From positions 24,376-88,375 of the forward strand of contig JAZDPX010000012.1 in NCBI GenBank assembly GCA_043797125.1: DNA of 64,000 bases, in the 5' to 3' direction. Under the pieces are notes generated by a model. That model saw only the letters and a list, made by a program, of their open reading frames with translations, did no database searches and had not been told where the DNA came from. The translations under genes were made by a program, and so were the position numbers. Every line of letters begins with the position of its first letter. The stretch's first letter is position 1. Below, piece by piece: positions 1 to 9,457 of the stretch. Source of the stretch: Candidatus Omnitrophota bacterium (GTDB lineage: Bacteria > Omnitrophota > Gorgyraeia > JABMRG01 > JAFGKX01).

Positions 1-1548
1 GAAATCGTGGGAAAACATTTTAAGGAAATAATACATCCTGATGATATTAATGCCATTGACCGCGAGAGAGTCCTGCCTAAATACGCAGGCAAGGTAACCG
101 GCGATACAAACGCGCCCAAGCTTTTTAACGAAAGAAGGACGAACGGTCGAATGACAAAAGACCTGCAGGTTAAACTTTTGCTAAAAGGCGCTAAAGACTT
201 ATTGCAGGATTACCGGTATGTTGAGATATGTTCCTCGGGAAAATGGCTTAAACTTGCCAAGGAAGGCAATAGAGAGTTTGTAGGTAGTATCGGGATTATC
301 ACGGATATCACAGAGCGCAAAAAGGCCCAGGAGGCGCTTGAGAAAGCAAAAAAAGAGCTGGAGATACAGGCTTGGGGGTTAAAAAAGACAAACGAAGGCG
401 TAAAGCTGCTCTATAAAGAATTGGAAGAAAGGAATAAGCGGCTTCAGAAGCTTGATCAGCTAAAATCTGATTTTATTTCCACGGTTTCGCATGAGTTGCG
501 CACACCTCTTTCCATTACAAAAGAGGGCTTAAACCTTATTTTAGATAAAATCGCAGGCGACATTACACAAAAGCAGCATGAGATACTTACTGTTTCAAGA
601 GACAATATAGACCGCCTGGCGCGGATGATAAACAACCTGCTTGATGTATCAAAAATAGAGGCAGGCAAAGTAGAATTAAAAAAGTCACTTTTTAATATAA
701 ATAACCTGATATCCGAGCTCGCATTCACTTTTGAGCCTAAATTAAAGAGCAAAGGGTTAGAACTTAAATTAAGCCTCACTAAAGACGAAATTAATATTTT
801 TGCCGACGCGGATAAAATTACCCAAACTTTTACCAACCTGATATATAATGCCATAAAGTTTACTGAAAAAGGTTTTATAGAAATTTCAGCAAAAGAAAAA
901 GAGAATGAGGTTGAGTTTTCTGTGTCAGATACCGGTAAAGGCATAGCAAAAGAAGACCTGCCTAAACTATTCAGCAAGTTTGAGCAGTTTGGACGCATGC
1001 ATGGTTCGGGGGATAAAGGCACGGGCCTGGGCCTTTCCATAGCTAAGAGCATAGTAGAGCTGCACAAGGGTATGATTTGGGCTGAAAGCACGCTTGGCGA
1101 AGGAACAAAGTTTATTTTTACTTTACCGAAGTATACGAGCGAAGGCGTATTGAAAGAGCATATTGATAAAGCTATAGCAGATGCGCAAGAAAAGAATTCT
1201 AAGCTGTCTGTTATCGCGGTATCCCTTGCCAGCTCTGATAGATTAAATGAGGCGTTGCCCGATGAGAAAATACAGTCTGTGTTAAAAGATATTGAAAATA
1301 TACTTGATAGCAGTCTGCTTCGTTCCGAGGATATATCAGTTAAGGCTACGGGCGAGATAATAGTTGTTTTAGCTGATTGCGATAAAGAGAGCGCGTTGAA
1401 AGTAAGGTTAAGAATTGAGCAGGCTATACGTAACTACTTGACCAGCAGGGAATTGACTGATAAAATTAAGCTGCTATTTAGCTGTATTACCTATCCCGAT
1501 GAGGCAAAGACTTCTGAGGAGATAGTAAAAAAGACAAAGGGTATATAA
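1..1548 (+). CDS. PAS sensor histidine kinase (5' partial) with a C-terminal degenerate GGDEF-like domain
   Basis: Frame is open to the window edge. HisKA H-box SHELRTPL. HATPase_c G-boxes DTGKGI and GTGLGLSIAKSIVELH. The last ~150 aa align to the GGDEF fold, but the GG(D/E)EF position reads ATGEI. Confidence 0.8.
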   Translation, partial: EIVGKHFKEIIHPDDINAIDRERVLPKYAGKVTGDTNAPKLFNERRTNGRMTKDLQVKLLLKGAKDLLQDYRYVEICSSGKWLKLAKEGNREFVGSIGIITDITERKKAQEALEKAKKELEIQAWGLKKTNEGVKLLYKELEERNKRLQKLDQLKSDFISTVSHELRTPLSITKEGLNLILDKIAGDITQKQHEILTVSRDNIDRLARMINNLLDVSKIEAGKVELKKSLFNINNLISELAFTFEPKLKSKGLELKLSLTKDEINIFADADKITQTFTNLIYNAIKFTEKGFIEISAKEKENEVEFSVSDTGKGIAKEDLPKLFSKFEQFGRMHGSGDKGTGLGLSIAKSIVELHKGMIWAESTLGEGTKFIFTLPKYTSEGVLKEHIDKAIADAQEKNSKLSVIAVSLASSDRLNEALPDEKIQSVLKDIENILDSSLLRSEDISVKATGEIIVVLADCDKESALKVRLRIEQAIRNYLTSRELTDKIKLLFSCITYPDEAKTSEEIVKKTKGI

Positions 1549-1550
1549 AC

Positions 1551-1937
1551 ATGGGAGCAAAAATGGGTGAAAAAAAGATTTTGGTGATAGACGATGAGGC
1601 AGATATCCTCGATGTCGTCAGCGCCTTGTTAAAATTTAACGGCTATGAAGTAGATACCGCAGGCGATGGCCTTGAAGGATTGGAAAAGGCAAGTTTAGGA
1701 AAGCCGGATTTAATTCTTTTGGATATTAAAATGGCCCAGGTTGACGGCTATACTGTTTTACGTAAATTAAAACAAAACCAGCTTACAAAACACATTCCCG
1801 TTATTGTTATGACTGTTTACGATAAAATGAGAGACCTGTTTGAAGCCGAGGGCATAGCTGATTATATTGTTAAGCCCTATGACGACCAGGATCTTTTGCT
1901 AAGGGTGGCGAGGATAATAAAAGAAGGAAAGAGGTGA
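1551..1937 (+). CDS. single-domain response regulator receiver (CheY-like)
   Basis: REC motifs ILVIDDE...LILLDIKM...DGYTVLRKLK...KP; no output domain. Confidence 0.8.
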   Translation: MGAKMGEKKILVIDDEADILDVVSALLKFNGYEVDTAGDGLEGLEKASLGKPDLILLDIKMAQVDGYTVLRKLKQNQLTKHIPVIVMTVYDKMRDLFEAEGIADYIVKPYDDQDLLLRVARIIKEGKR

Positions 1938-1943
1938 TAGGCC

Positions 1944-2312
1944 TTGGACAAAAAAAAGATATTGATAGTTGATGACGAGGTTCAGTTAGTTGAGATGGTT
2001 AAGATGCGGCTTGAGGCCAATAACTACGATGTTATTACCGCGCATGACGGCGATGAAGCCATAGAAAAGGCAAGATTGAGCCCGGATTTGATTCTTTTGG
2101 ATGTTATGATGCCTAAGTCAGATGGTTTTGAGGTGGCTAAAAAGCTAAAGGCCAATTCCAAGACACAACCTATACCCATAATTATGTTTACCGCAAGAAG
2201 CGAATCAGAGGCAACTAAAAAGGCGCTTGACGCTGGGGCTTATGACTATATTGTAAAACCATTTAACCCTGTGGTGTTGTTAAATAAAGTTAAGGACGCG
2301 TTAAAAAAATAG
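1944..2312 (+). CDS. single-domain response regulator receiver (CheY/PilH-like)
   Basis: REC motifs ILIVDDE...DLILLDVMMPKSDG...YIVKPF; no output domain. Confidence 0.8.
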   Translation: MDKKKILIVDDEVQLVEMVKMRLEANNYDVITAHDGDEAIEKARLSPDLILLDVMMPKSDGFEVAKKLKANSKTQPIPIIMFTARSESEATKKALDAGAYDYIVKPFNPVVLLNKVKDALKK

Positions 2313-2330
2313 GAGCTTGAAGCTAACTAT

Positions 2331-4025
2331 ATGGAAAAAGATATATTAAATATTTTGGTTGAGGAAGGGCTGATTACCTCTAAACAGCTCGATGAGATAA
2401 AAGGCGAACAAAAATTAACCAATCTTACGGCGCAGAAAATTTTGCTTAGCAAAGGCTATATAAGCGACGAGCAGCTTGCAAAAGCGCAAGGCAAGGTTAT
2501 GGATGTCGGGTATATAAAGCTCTCAGATATAAAAATTGACGCGCAGGTTATACAAATGGTGCCTATGGATGTGGCGCGCAGATACAACGCAGTTCCGGCA
2601 AAGATGCAGGGCAATGACCTTTACGTAGCTTTTATTAACCCCGCGGATTTACCAGCCAGAAACGAAATAAGACTGCTTACGGGCTGCGTAATAAAGCCGA
2701 TGATAACAACCGAAAAAGAGATAGTGCAGGCCATAAGCAAATATTATAAGGTTGAAGACTCCGGCAAACAGGCGCTTATCGATATGCGCGTTAAGGAGCT
2801 TAAGGACAAAAAGAAGGAAAAGGCCTCTGCCCAAACGCAGGAACAAGTAGACAAACTGGAAGACATGCCTGTTGTGCGCTTAGTAAACGATATTATTGCC
2901 GGAGCTATAAACGCAAAAGCCAGCGACATACATTTAGAGCCGCAGGATCCCGAGATGAGGGTCCGTTACAGGATAGACGGAATTTTACACGATGTAATGA
3001 AGGTGCCAAAACATATCGAGTCAGCCGTAATTTCCCGTATTAAGATTATGTCTAATCTGGATATTACCGAGAGACGACGCCCGCAGGACGGCCACATTAC
3101 AATAAAAAAAGAAGCCAAGGATTATGATTTCAGAATTTCAACGCTTTTGACTATAAACGGAGAAAAGGTAGTTATAAGGATTTTAGACAGGGCCAGCATG
3201 CTGATAAGCTTGGAAAGATTAGGTCTTACGTCATATGATCAGAAAATTTTCAGGTCATTGGTTGATAAGCCTTACGGCATGGTATTGGTTACAGGCCCGA
3301 CAGGAAGCGGCAAGACCACGACGCTATACGCTGTTTTAAGCCAGCTTAACAAAAACGAACGCAATATCATTACCATAGAAAATCCTGTTGAATACAAGCT
3401 AAACGGCATAAACCAGATTCAGGTGGATAGCGGAGTTAATATGACATTCGCAACAGGCTTAAGAACCATCTTAAGGCAGGATCCTGATATTATAATGGTC
3501 GGTGAAATCAGAGACAAGGAGACAGCGGAGATAGCAATTCATGCGGCATTGACAGGCCATTTGGTTTTTAGCACCCTGCATACCAACGATGCGCCCAGCG
3601 CTGTAACGCGTTTGGTAGATATGGGGGTGGAGCCGTTTTTAATCTCATCTACCGTAATAGGCGCGATAGCGCAGAGGCTGTGCAGGGTCATCTGCCCCGA
3701 ATGCAAACAGGAATATTCCCCGTCACAAGACGAACTAAATATTTTAGAACACAAAGCGCAGGATACAAAATTAGTCCATGGCAAAGGATGTGATTTCTGC
3801 TATCACACCGGTTTTAAGGGCCGCAGCGCCATTTTTGAAGTTATGAAGATAAGCGAGGCAATTGCGCAGCTTATATTGGATATGCGCCCGGTGCCGGAAA
3901 TAAAAGCGCAGGCAATGAAAGAGGGCATGAAGACGCTGAGGCAGAACGGCATACAGAAGGTGCTGGATAAAATTTCCACAATAGCAGAAGTAAAAAGGGT
4001 AGTTTATACAGAGGAAAATAAATAG
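2331..4025 (+). CDS. pilB: type IV pilus assembly ATPase PilB/GspE family
   Basis: N-terminal T2SSE_N-like domain. Walker A GPTGSGKTTT, Asp box, His box, tetracysteine motif CPECK...CDFC. Confidence 0.9.
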   Translation: MEKDILNILVEEGLITSKQLDEIKGEQKLTNLTAQKILLSKGYISDEQLAKAQGKVMDVGYIKLSDIKIDAQVIQMVPMDVARRYNAVPAKMQGNDLYVAFINPADLPARNEIRLLTGCVIKPMITTEKEIVQAISKYYKVEDSGKQALIDMRVKELKDKKKEKASAQTQEQVDKLEDMPVVRLVNDIIAGAINAKASDIHLEPQDPEMRVRYRIDGILHDVMKVPKHIESAVISRIKIMSNLDITERRRPQDGHITIKKEAKDYDFRISTLLTINGEKVVIRILDRASMLISLERLGLTSYDQKIFRSLVDKPYGMVLVTGPTGSGKTTTLYAVLSQLNKNERNIITIENPVEYKLNGINQIQVDSGVNMTFATGLRTILRQDPDIIMVGEIRDKETAEIAIHAALTGHLVFSTLHTNDAPSAVTRLVDMGVEPFLISSTVIGAIAQRLCRVICPECKQEYSPSQDELNILEHKAQDTKLVHGKGCDFCYHTGFKGRSAIFEVMKISEAIAQLILDMRPVPEIKAQAMKEGMKTLRQNGIQKVLDKISTIAEVKRVVYTEENK

Positions 4026-5114
4026 ATGCAGGAATTAAAACGCACATCAATATTATTCAGGACATACAGTAGATTATCTTCTGACGATCTGGTGACTTTT
4101 AGCCAGCAGTTTGCTTCTATGCTGGGAGCGGGGCTCTCACTTATAAGATGCCTGGACGCTTTGGAAAAGCAGACAGAAAACATGATTTTAAAAAAAGTGA
4201 TTAAGGATGTGCGCTTAAACATAGAAGGGGGCAGCTCATTTTCAGAGGCTCTGGCTAAACACCCTAAAGTCTTTTCGGATTTTTTCATAAGCCTTGTAAG
4301 CGCAGGCGAGAAAGCAGGTGTTATGCCCGAAGTTTTAGACAGGCTGGCAAGCTATTTGGAAAGCCAGCAGGCTTTAAGGCAAAAAGTAAAAAGCGCGTTT
4401 GCATACCCGACTATTGTAGGAGCGCTCGCGCTTTTGGTCATGGCGTTTTTGGTTGTGGTAATCGTGCCCATATTTAAGGATATATATGCGCGCATACATG
4501 TGCCGCTTCCCGCCCCGACTGTGGCGTTAATCACGGTGAGCAATATTGCCGTTAAATTCTGGTGGGCGTTGCTTTTTTTTGTTGCCGGAGTTATTATCGG
4601 GTATTATCGGATAAAAGATATACCTGTGGTAAGAAGGCAAATAGATAATTTTAAAATTAATATGCCGGCTTTTGGAAATGTTGTGCGAAAGGCGGCGGTT
4701 TCCCGTTTTATCAGGACATTCGGCGATATGTTAAGAAGCGGCGTTTCAGTGCTGCAGGCTATAGATGTTTCTGAAAAGGTCGCGAAAAATATTGTTATAT
4801 CGGAACTTGCGCGAAGAATGAAAGAAAATGTGCGCCGCGGAGGCTTAATTACCGAGCCGCTTCTGGGGGACCAGAGGATATTTCCTCCTTCGGTAGTGCA
4901 GATGATGGCTGCCGGCGAGGAAAGCGGCACTTTGCCGCATATGCTCCAGAAAAGCGCGGATACATTAGATAGGGATGTGGATACAGCGGTAAAAAGGCTT
5001 GTTGTTAAGGTAGAGCCTATTTTGACTATGCTGTTGGCGGCATTTGTCGCTTTTATCGCATTGGCGATATATCTGCCTATCTTTGATCTAATTAAACAAA
5101 TAAGCGCAAAATGA
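4026..5114 (+). CDS. pilC: type IV pilus inner-membrane platform protein PilC/GspF
   Basis: Two T2SS_F repeats, each followed by a TM segment. Immediately downstream of pilB. Confidence 0.8.
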   Translation: MQELKRTSILFRTYSRLSSDDLVTFSQQFASMLGAGLSLIRCLDALEKQTENMILKKVIKDVRLNIEGGSSFSEALAKHPKVFSDFFISLVSAGEKAGVMPEVLDRLASYLESQQALRQKVKSAFAYPTIVGALALLVMAFLVVVIVPIFKDIYARIHVPLPAPTVALITVSNIAVKFWWALLFFVAGVIIGYYRIKDIPVVRRQIDNFKINMPAFGNVVRKAAVSRFIRTFGDMLRSGVSVLQAIDVSEKVAKNIVISELARRMKENVRRGGLITEPLLGDQRIFPPSVVQMMAAGEESGTLPHMLQKSADTLDRDVDTAVKRLVVKVEPILTMLLAAFVAFIALAIYLPIFDLIKQISAK

Positions 5115-5138
5115 GTCGTTATAAAGTTTGTTTTTTTA

Positions 5139-5240
5139 CACAGATGATCGCAGATTAGAAGAAACAGACGATCACAGATTATTTTCCCACGTATCTGTGA
5201 TCATCTTGTATCTTTTCATCTGTGCTAATCTGCGCAAAGA
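5139..5240 (+). promoter_or_regulatory. array of four CACAGAT(G) motif copies (two forward, two reverse) upstream of the major pilin gene
   Basis: GATCACAGAT (5171-5180) and ATCTGTGATC (5194-5203) form a perfect 10-bp inverted repeat. Flanking copies sit at 5140-5158 and 5216-5236. The array lies between the pilC stop and the pilin RBS. Confidence 0.35.
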
Positions 5241-5272
5241 CAATCAGTACAAAATGAGAGGGGGTGAAGAGT

Positions 5273-5596
5273 ATGTTTAGCGAAAAAAGAGCTTTTACAT
5301 TGATAGAAATTCTGTTTGTAATAATTGTTATCGCGGTGTTGGCGGCAATTGCCATACCCAGAATTGTAACCAGCACGGCAACAGCAAAGACAAACGCCTG
5401 CTTGGCTAACCAGTCTATTATGGATACGCAGATTGAGCAATACCATATGGATACAGGAAACTGGCCTGGCACTTTAGCTACCGTTACGGGGAATACGTCA
5501 TATTTTCCAGATGGCGCGCCTACCTGTCCGGAAAGCGGCACTTATTCTATGAACGGAACTACGTATAGAACAAGTTGCAGCAATAGCGACCATTAA
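5273..5596 (+). CDS. type IV (major) pilin with prepilin N-terminal methylation motif
   Basis: Strong SD AGGGGGTG 8 nt upstream of ATG 5273. Leader MFSEKRA followed by FTLIEILFVIIVIAVLAAIAIP. C-terminal cysteines. ORF-track start 5264 (GTG) is less likely. Confidence 0.8.
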   Translation: MFSEKRAFTLIEILFVIIVIAVLAAIAIPRIVTSTATAKTNACLANQSIMDTQIEQYHMDTGNWPGTLATVTGNTSYFPDGAPTCPESGTYSMNGTTYRTSCSNSDH

Positions 5597-5600
5597 TAAT

Positions 5601-6038
5601 ATGAAGCGTAAGATTAGGGCGGGTTATACCTTTATCGAACTTGTGTTTGTCATATTGGTAGTGGCTATATTGGCGGCAGTAGCGCTATTTCGCCCTGGTT
5701 TTGATTTTACTGTCAAGGCCAAGGTAAGAACAGCTGCCCAACGCCTGGTTTCTGATTTGCGCCTTACCAGAACGCTGGCCGTTACAAATAATGAAAATTA
5801 TAAACTTGTAATTGACCAGAACAACAATGAATACAGTATTTTTGATTCGGGCAATACGCAGTCAGGCGCTACCAGGACCGTTGATTCTAATATTACGCTG
5901 ACCGGCGATACGGAATTTATTTTTCAAGCCCTTGGTAATGCCTCAAGCGGAAGCAGCGCTTCGCTTGAGGCAGAGTCGAATCAGTATAACATCGACGTAG
6001 TTTCAGTCACAGGCATGGTAAACATGCAAGAGCAATAG
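5601..6038 (+). CDS. prepilin-type minor pilin/pseudopilin
   Basis: MKRKIRAG followed by YTFIELVFVILVVAILAAVA, a class III signal and N_methyl motif. Resembles GspH/FimT. Confidence 0.75.
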   Translation: MKRKIRAGYTFIELVFVILVVAILAAVALFRPGFDFTVKAKVRTAAQRLVSDLRLTRTLAVTNNENYKLVIDQNNNEYSIFDSGNTQSGATRTVDSNITLTGDTEFIFQALGNASSGSSASLEAESNQYNIDVVSVTGMVNMQEQ

Positions 6039-6437
6039 ATGAATAAAAGAGGGTTTACGCTCATAGAGGCCATAGCATCCGTGCTTCTTATAGGGGTGGC
6101 TATTGTGCCCATAGCGAAGATTTTGACTCAAAGTTTTGTTATAAGTACCAAGGAAGAAAGATTTACCAAGGTCGTATTTTTGGCAGAAAGAAAAATTGAA
6201 GAGGTTAAGAACAAGGCCTTATATGATTTTAATACGGACAGGGATCAAAGCGCGACAGCATTTACCGATACAGGTTTTACAAATTATAAATATACAGTTG
6301 CTGATAATATTATTGAAGATGACGATTCGGCATTAAAGCAGATTCAGGTAATAGTCTGGCATGATGAGGATAACGATAATGCTGTTGATGCTAACGAAGA
6401 GTCAATTACGCTTGATACTAAAATTGCAGAAAGATAA
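6039..6437 (+). CDS. prepilin-type minor pilin/pseudopilin
   Basis: MNKRG followed by FTLIEAIASVLLIGVAIVP. Confidence 0.75.
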   Translation: MNKRGFTLIEAIASVLLIGVAIVPIAKILTQSFVISTKEERFTKVVFLAERKIEEVKNKALYDFNTDRDQSATAFTDTGFTNYKYTVADNIIEDDDSALKQIQVIVWHDEDNDNAVDANEESITLDTKIAER

Positions 6438-7551
6438 GGAAAAATTTGTAACGGGGTTTACACTTACAGAAGTGCTCTTTGTGGTGTTGTTGATTGCTTT
6501 ATTGATAGCGGTTGTGTATCCTTATCTTAGGGCTACGCACACCGGGTGGAAGACGCTTGACAGAAGGCAGGAAGTGATTCAGAATGCTCGCGTCGGAATG
6601 GATAAGATGAACAGATTGTTAAGAGAGGCAACCGGGTTTACCAGCGTAACAGGCGCTTCTGATAATAACGGCAGGATTGTTTTTTTGGATAAAGATTCAA
6701 ATACAGTTGAATTTAAAAAATATAACGACGGGACAAACGACATGTTGGGATATGTTACGGGCGCTAACACATATTCCCTGGCAGGGCCGATAGAGGCACT
6801 TACATTTACCTGCTATAAAGAAGACGGCGTGACTACGACTACCACAGCTTCTGATATTAAGTCTGTTGAAGTTAAAATGGTGGTTGCGGATAGCGAGTCA
6901 GAAGTGCCTTCGCAGACATTTATATCAAGAATCTTTTACCGGAAGGATACGGCAACCGCTATTGTAATAAACGAGATTTTATATTATCCGTGTAATGATA
7001 CAGGTTCTGATAAAGAGAGAGAATTTGAATTTATCGAAGTATATAATAACGGCGCCGAAAATATTGATCTTAACGGCTGGCAGATCCAGGATAGCGGCGG
7101 CACAGACACAGATATTATCGAGGCATATGGCGCAAGCTCAACAATATTGACCGCAGGCGAATACGCTGTTATCGGCGCAAAAGACACTAAGATATTTACC
7201 AAGCTGAATATAACATGCGACATTAAATTAAAAACCAATGATAACGAGTTTGGCGATAATAAGTTGGGAAATTCCAACGATACTGTTGTTTTAAAAAATT
7301 CAGGCGGCGTTCAGATAGACAGCGTTTCCTATTCATCAAGCTGGGGTGGCGGCTATAGCCAAACTGGCAACACAGGTACATCGTATTCATTGGAGAGAAT
7401 AGACCCATCCGGAACTTCCAATGATTCCGGCAACTGGGACCAGAATGAAAGCGCAAGCCCGAATGCTGTCGTTGTTTTGGGATCAGGCAGTAATAAAGTT
7501 ACAGTATCGTTTTATTGCACGCCGGGAGAACTAAACAGTGTATCTGACTGA
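6424..7551 (+). CDS. prepilin-type pseudopilin fused to a C-terminal lamin-tail domain (LTD)
   Basis: In-frame TTG at 6424 gives leader MQKDKEKFVTG followed by FTLTEVLFVVLLIALLIAV. The ATG at 6361 is out of frame with the upstream gene and gives a nonsense N-terminus. The C-terminal ~140 aa match LTD hallmarks INE...EFIEVYN...DLNGW...GEYAVI...VVLKNSGGVQIDSVSY. Confidence 0.7.
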   Translation: MQKDKEKFVTGFTLTEVLFVVLLIALLIAVVYPYLRATHTGWKTLDRRQEVIQNARVGMDKMNRLLREATGFTSVTGASDNNGRIVFLDKDSNTVEFKKYNDGTNDMLGYVTGANTYSLAGPIEALTFTCYKEDGVTTTTTASDIKSVEVKMVVADSESEVPSQTFISRIFYRKDTATAIVINEILYYPCNDTGSDKEREFEFIEVYNNGAENIDLNGWQIQDSGGTDTDIIEAYGASSTILTAGEYAVIGAKDTKIFTKLNITCDIKLKTNDNEFGDNKLGNSNDTVVLKNSGGVQIDSVSYSSSWGGGYSQTGNTGTSYSLERIDPSGTSNDSGNWDQNESASPNAVVVLGSGSNKVTVSFYCTPGELNSVSD

Positions 7552-7963
7552 TAAAAGAGGAGTAATGTTGCTGCTTGTAGTTTTTATTATTCTTGTTATG
7601 ACAGTTCTTGTAATCGGCTATCTGCAGGCTGCAACCACAGAGACAGAGATTATGCGAAACCACAAGATGTCTACCCAGGCGCTATATATCGCGGAAGCAG
7701 GAATAGAAGATGCAATATATACTATCAGGCAAACAGGAAACAGCCAGTGGGATGCTGGTTTCCAGAATAAAGAATTTCCAGCAGGTTCAGGCAACACCTA
7801 TACGGTTGTAGTTGATAATTCTAATTATCCGAGCGTTATTATAACGTCTGTTGCAACAGTTTCAAGCACATATCAAAGGGGAGTTGAGGCGGAGATAGCT
7901 GTTTCAGGCCCGCCTACATCCGCCCCCTATCCTGTTAGCATGAATTATTGGAAGGAAGCATAA
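7538..7963 (+). CDS. PilX/GspK-like minor pilin (PilX_N-type N-terminus)
   Basis: KRGVMLLLVVFIILVMTVLVIGYLQAATTETEIMRN resembles the PilX N-terminal domain. Lies in the pilin cluster. Confidence 0.6.
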   Translation: MYLTDKRGVMLLLVVFIILVMTVLVIGYLQAATTETEIMRNHKMSTQALYIAEAGIEDAIYTIRQTGNSQWDAGFQNKEFPAGSGNTYTVVVDNSNYPSVIITSVATVSSTYQRGVEAEIAVSGPPTSAPYPVSMNYWKEA

Positions 7964-7969
7964 ACATAA

Positions 7970-9457
7970 ATGAGTATTTTTAAAAAAGGCACCCAGGCAG
8001 TTGGTTTGGATATCAACCAGGAAACAATCACTGTAATTGAGATTGCTAAGTCCAAACAGGGGTTTGTTCTTAAAAATATTGCAGCATGCCCTACGCCTTC
8101 CGGTTCAATAGAAAAAGGCATAATTGTTAACCCTAAAGCGCTTGGTAAAACGATTAAAGAGCTGTTTATCAAAAATAATATAAAATCAAGACAGGCAACT
8201 GTTGCGGTTTGGGGCCCCGGAGCGCTTGTTCATCTAAGCAAAATTCCAGCTATACCTGATAAAGAAATAAAAGAGGCATTAAAATCAGAGGTTTCCCATT
8301 ATATAGTTTTTGCCGGAGGCGAGACTGTTACGGATACATATAAACTTGAAGAGATAATAGATAATGGAGTTAAAAAAACTCAGGTATTGCTTGGTGTGGC
8401 AAAAAAGGATGTTGTTAATTCGTATGTTGAGGCCGCAAAATATGCCGGCCTTGAGTTAATCGCCATAGACATAGGCTGTTTAGCTGTTATGAGGGCATTA
8501 TATTCCAACGCATTGAGGGCTCAAAGCAATGAAGCAGTTGTTTTGGCGACTGTTGAAACGGAAAACACGGTCCTTTCCGTGCTAAGAGGAGGGATTTTAT
8601 CATATTCTTATAATATTGACGCGGGAAGCAGAGATAGGGAATTTGCATCTAAGCTAACTTTTGAGCTTAAGTCTGTTATTAACTATTATCAATCTGAACA
8701 TACAGAGGTTGTCAAAAAAATAGTCATAGCAGGCGAGATACAGAAACTCGGGGCAATAGAAAAGGATTTAAGCGCGGAGTTTGCGGGAATAGGCGTGGAA
8801 AAAGGCCTTGTTGGCGCTGATATTCAATACGACAAAAGCGCTTCTCCATTTTCTGTCAGGGCTGTCGGCCTTGCCATGCTGGCAAAAGGAGTAGGCGAGT
8901 ATCCGGTCAAGATAAACCTTCTTCCGGCAGAAGAGATAAAAATTCAAGAAGCAAAAATCCAGGTGCTTAAATTCTTGATTGCTCTGTGCTTTTTAATATT
9001 TTTAATATTAATATCCTTTGCAGCTATAAAATTATCTATTAAAGCAACAGCGTCAAAGATACTTGTTATTCAACAACAGTTGGAGAAGCCAAGCCCGCAG
9101 CTACAAAGGCTTTTGGGGATTGAGCAGGGCGCAAGAGCATATACAGGCGAAATAGAAAAGCAAAACGGCATTATTGACACGGCGGGTAAAGCTAAGGCAT
9201 CCGATTTGTTAGACGAGATAAGGCGCCTGACGCCAAAAGATGCGCGGCTGATTAAATTAACAAAAAAGGAGAACACGGTAATCTTTAGCGGCGAGGCAGT
9301 TTCGCAGGAAGCGGTATTTAATTTTGTTCGCAGCCTGAAAGGGTCAGGTTATTTTGAAGAAGCAAAGCTTCAAACAGCGGAATCTAAAAGCGATCAGGAA
9401 AAGACTTATATTGATTTTGCCATAATCTGTCAATTAAGTTCCGGAGAGAACCAATGA
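7970..9457 (+). CDS. PilM-PilN fusion protein (actin-like ATPase domain plus PilN TM/periplasmic domain)
   Basis: N-terminal ~350 aa are PilM-like (VGLDINQETITVIEI..., actin-like fold). Then INLLPAEE, the PilN signature INLLP, followed by a TM helix and a coiled-coil segment. Confidence 0.7.
   Translation: MSIFKKGTQAVGLDINQETITVIEIAKSKQGFVLKNIAACPTPSGSIEKGIIVNPKALGKTIKELFIKNNIKSRQATVAVWGPGALVHLSKIPAIPDKEIKEALKSEVSHYIVFAGGETVTDTYKLEEIIDNGVKKTQVLLGVAKKDVVNSYVEAAKYAGLELIAIDIGCLAVMRALYSNALRAQSNEAVVLATVETENTVLSVLRGGILSYSYNIDAGSRDREFASKLTFELKSVINYYQSEHTEVVKKIVIAGEIQKLGAIEKDLSAEFAGIGVEKGLVGADIQYDKSASPFSVRAVGLAMLAKGVGEYPVKINLLPAEEIKIQEAKIQVLKFLIALCFLIFLILISFAAIKLSIKATASKILVIQQQLEKPSPQLQRLLGIEQGARAYTGEIEKQNGIIDTAGKAKASDLLDEIRRLTPKDARLIKLTKKENTVIFSGEAVSQEAVFNFVRSLKGSGYFEEAKLQTAESKSDQEKTYIDFAIICQLSSGENQ

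Noticed and set aside
456-1091. 211-aa minus-strand ORF inside the sensor kinase gene.
   Set aside because: It is antisense to conserved HisKA/HATPase motifs and is a typical shadow ORF.
6361-6437. ATG at 6361 as start of the LTD-pseudopilin.
   Set aside because: It yields a nonsense leader (MMRITIMLLMLTKSQLRL...) overlapping the previous gene out of frame. The in-frame TTG at 6424 gives a textbook prepilin leader ending in G followed by FTLTE.
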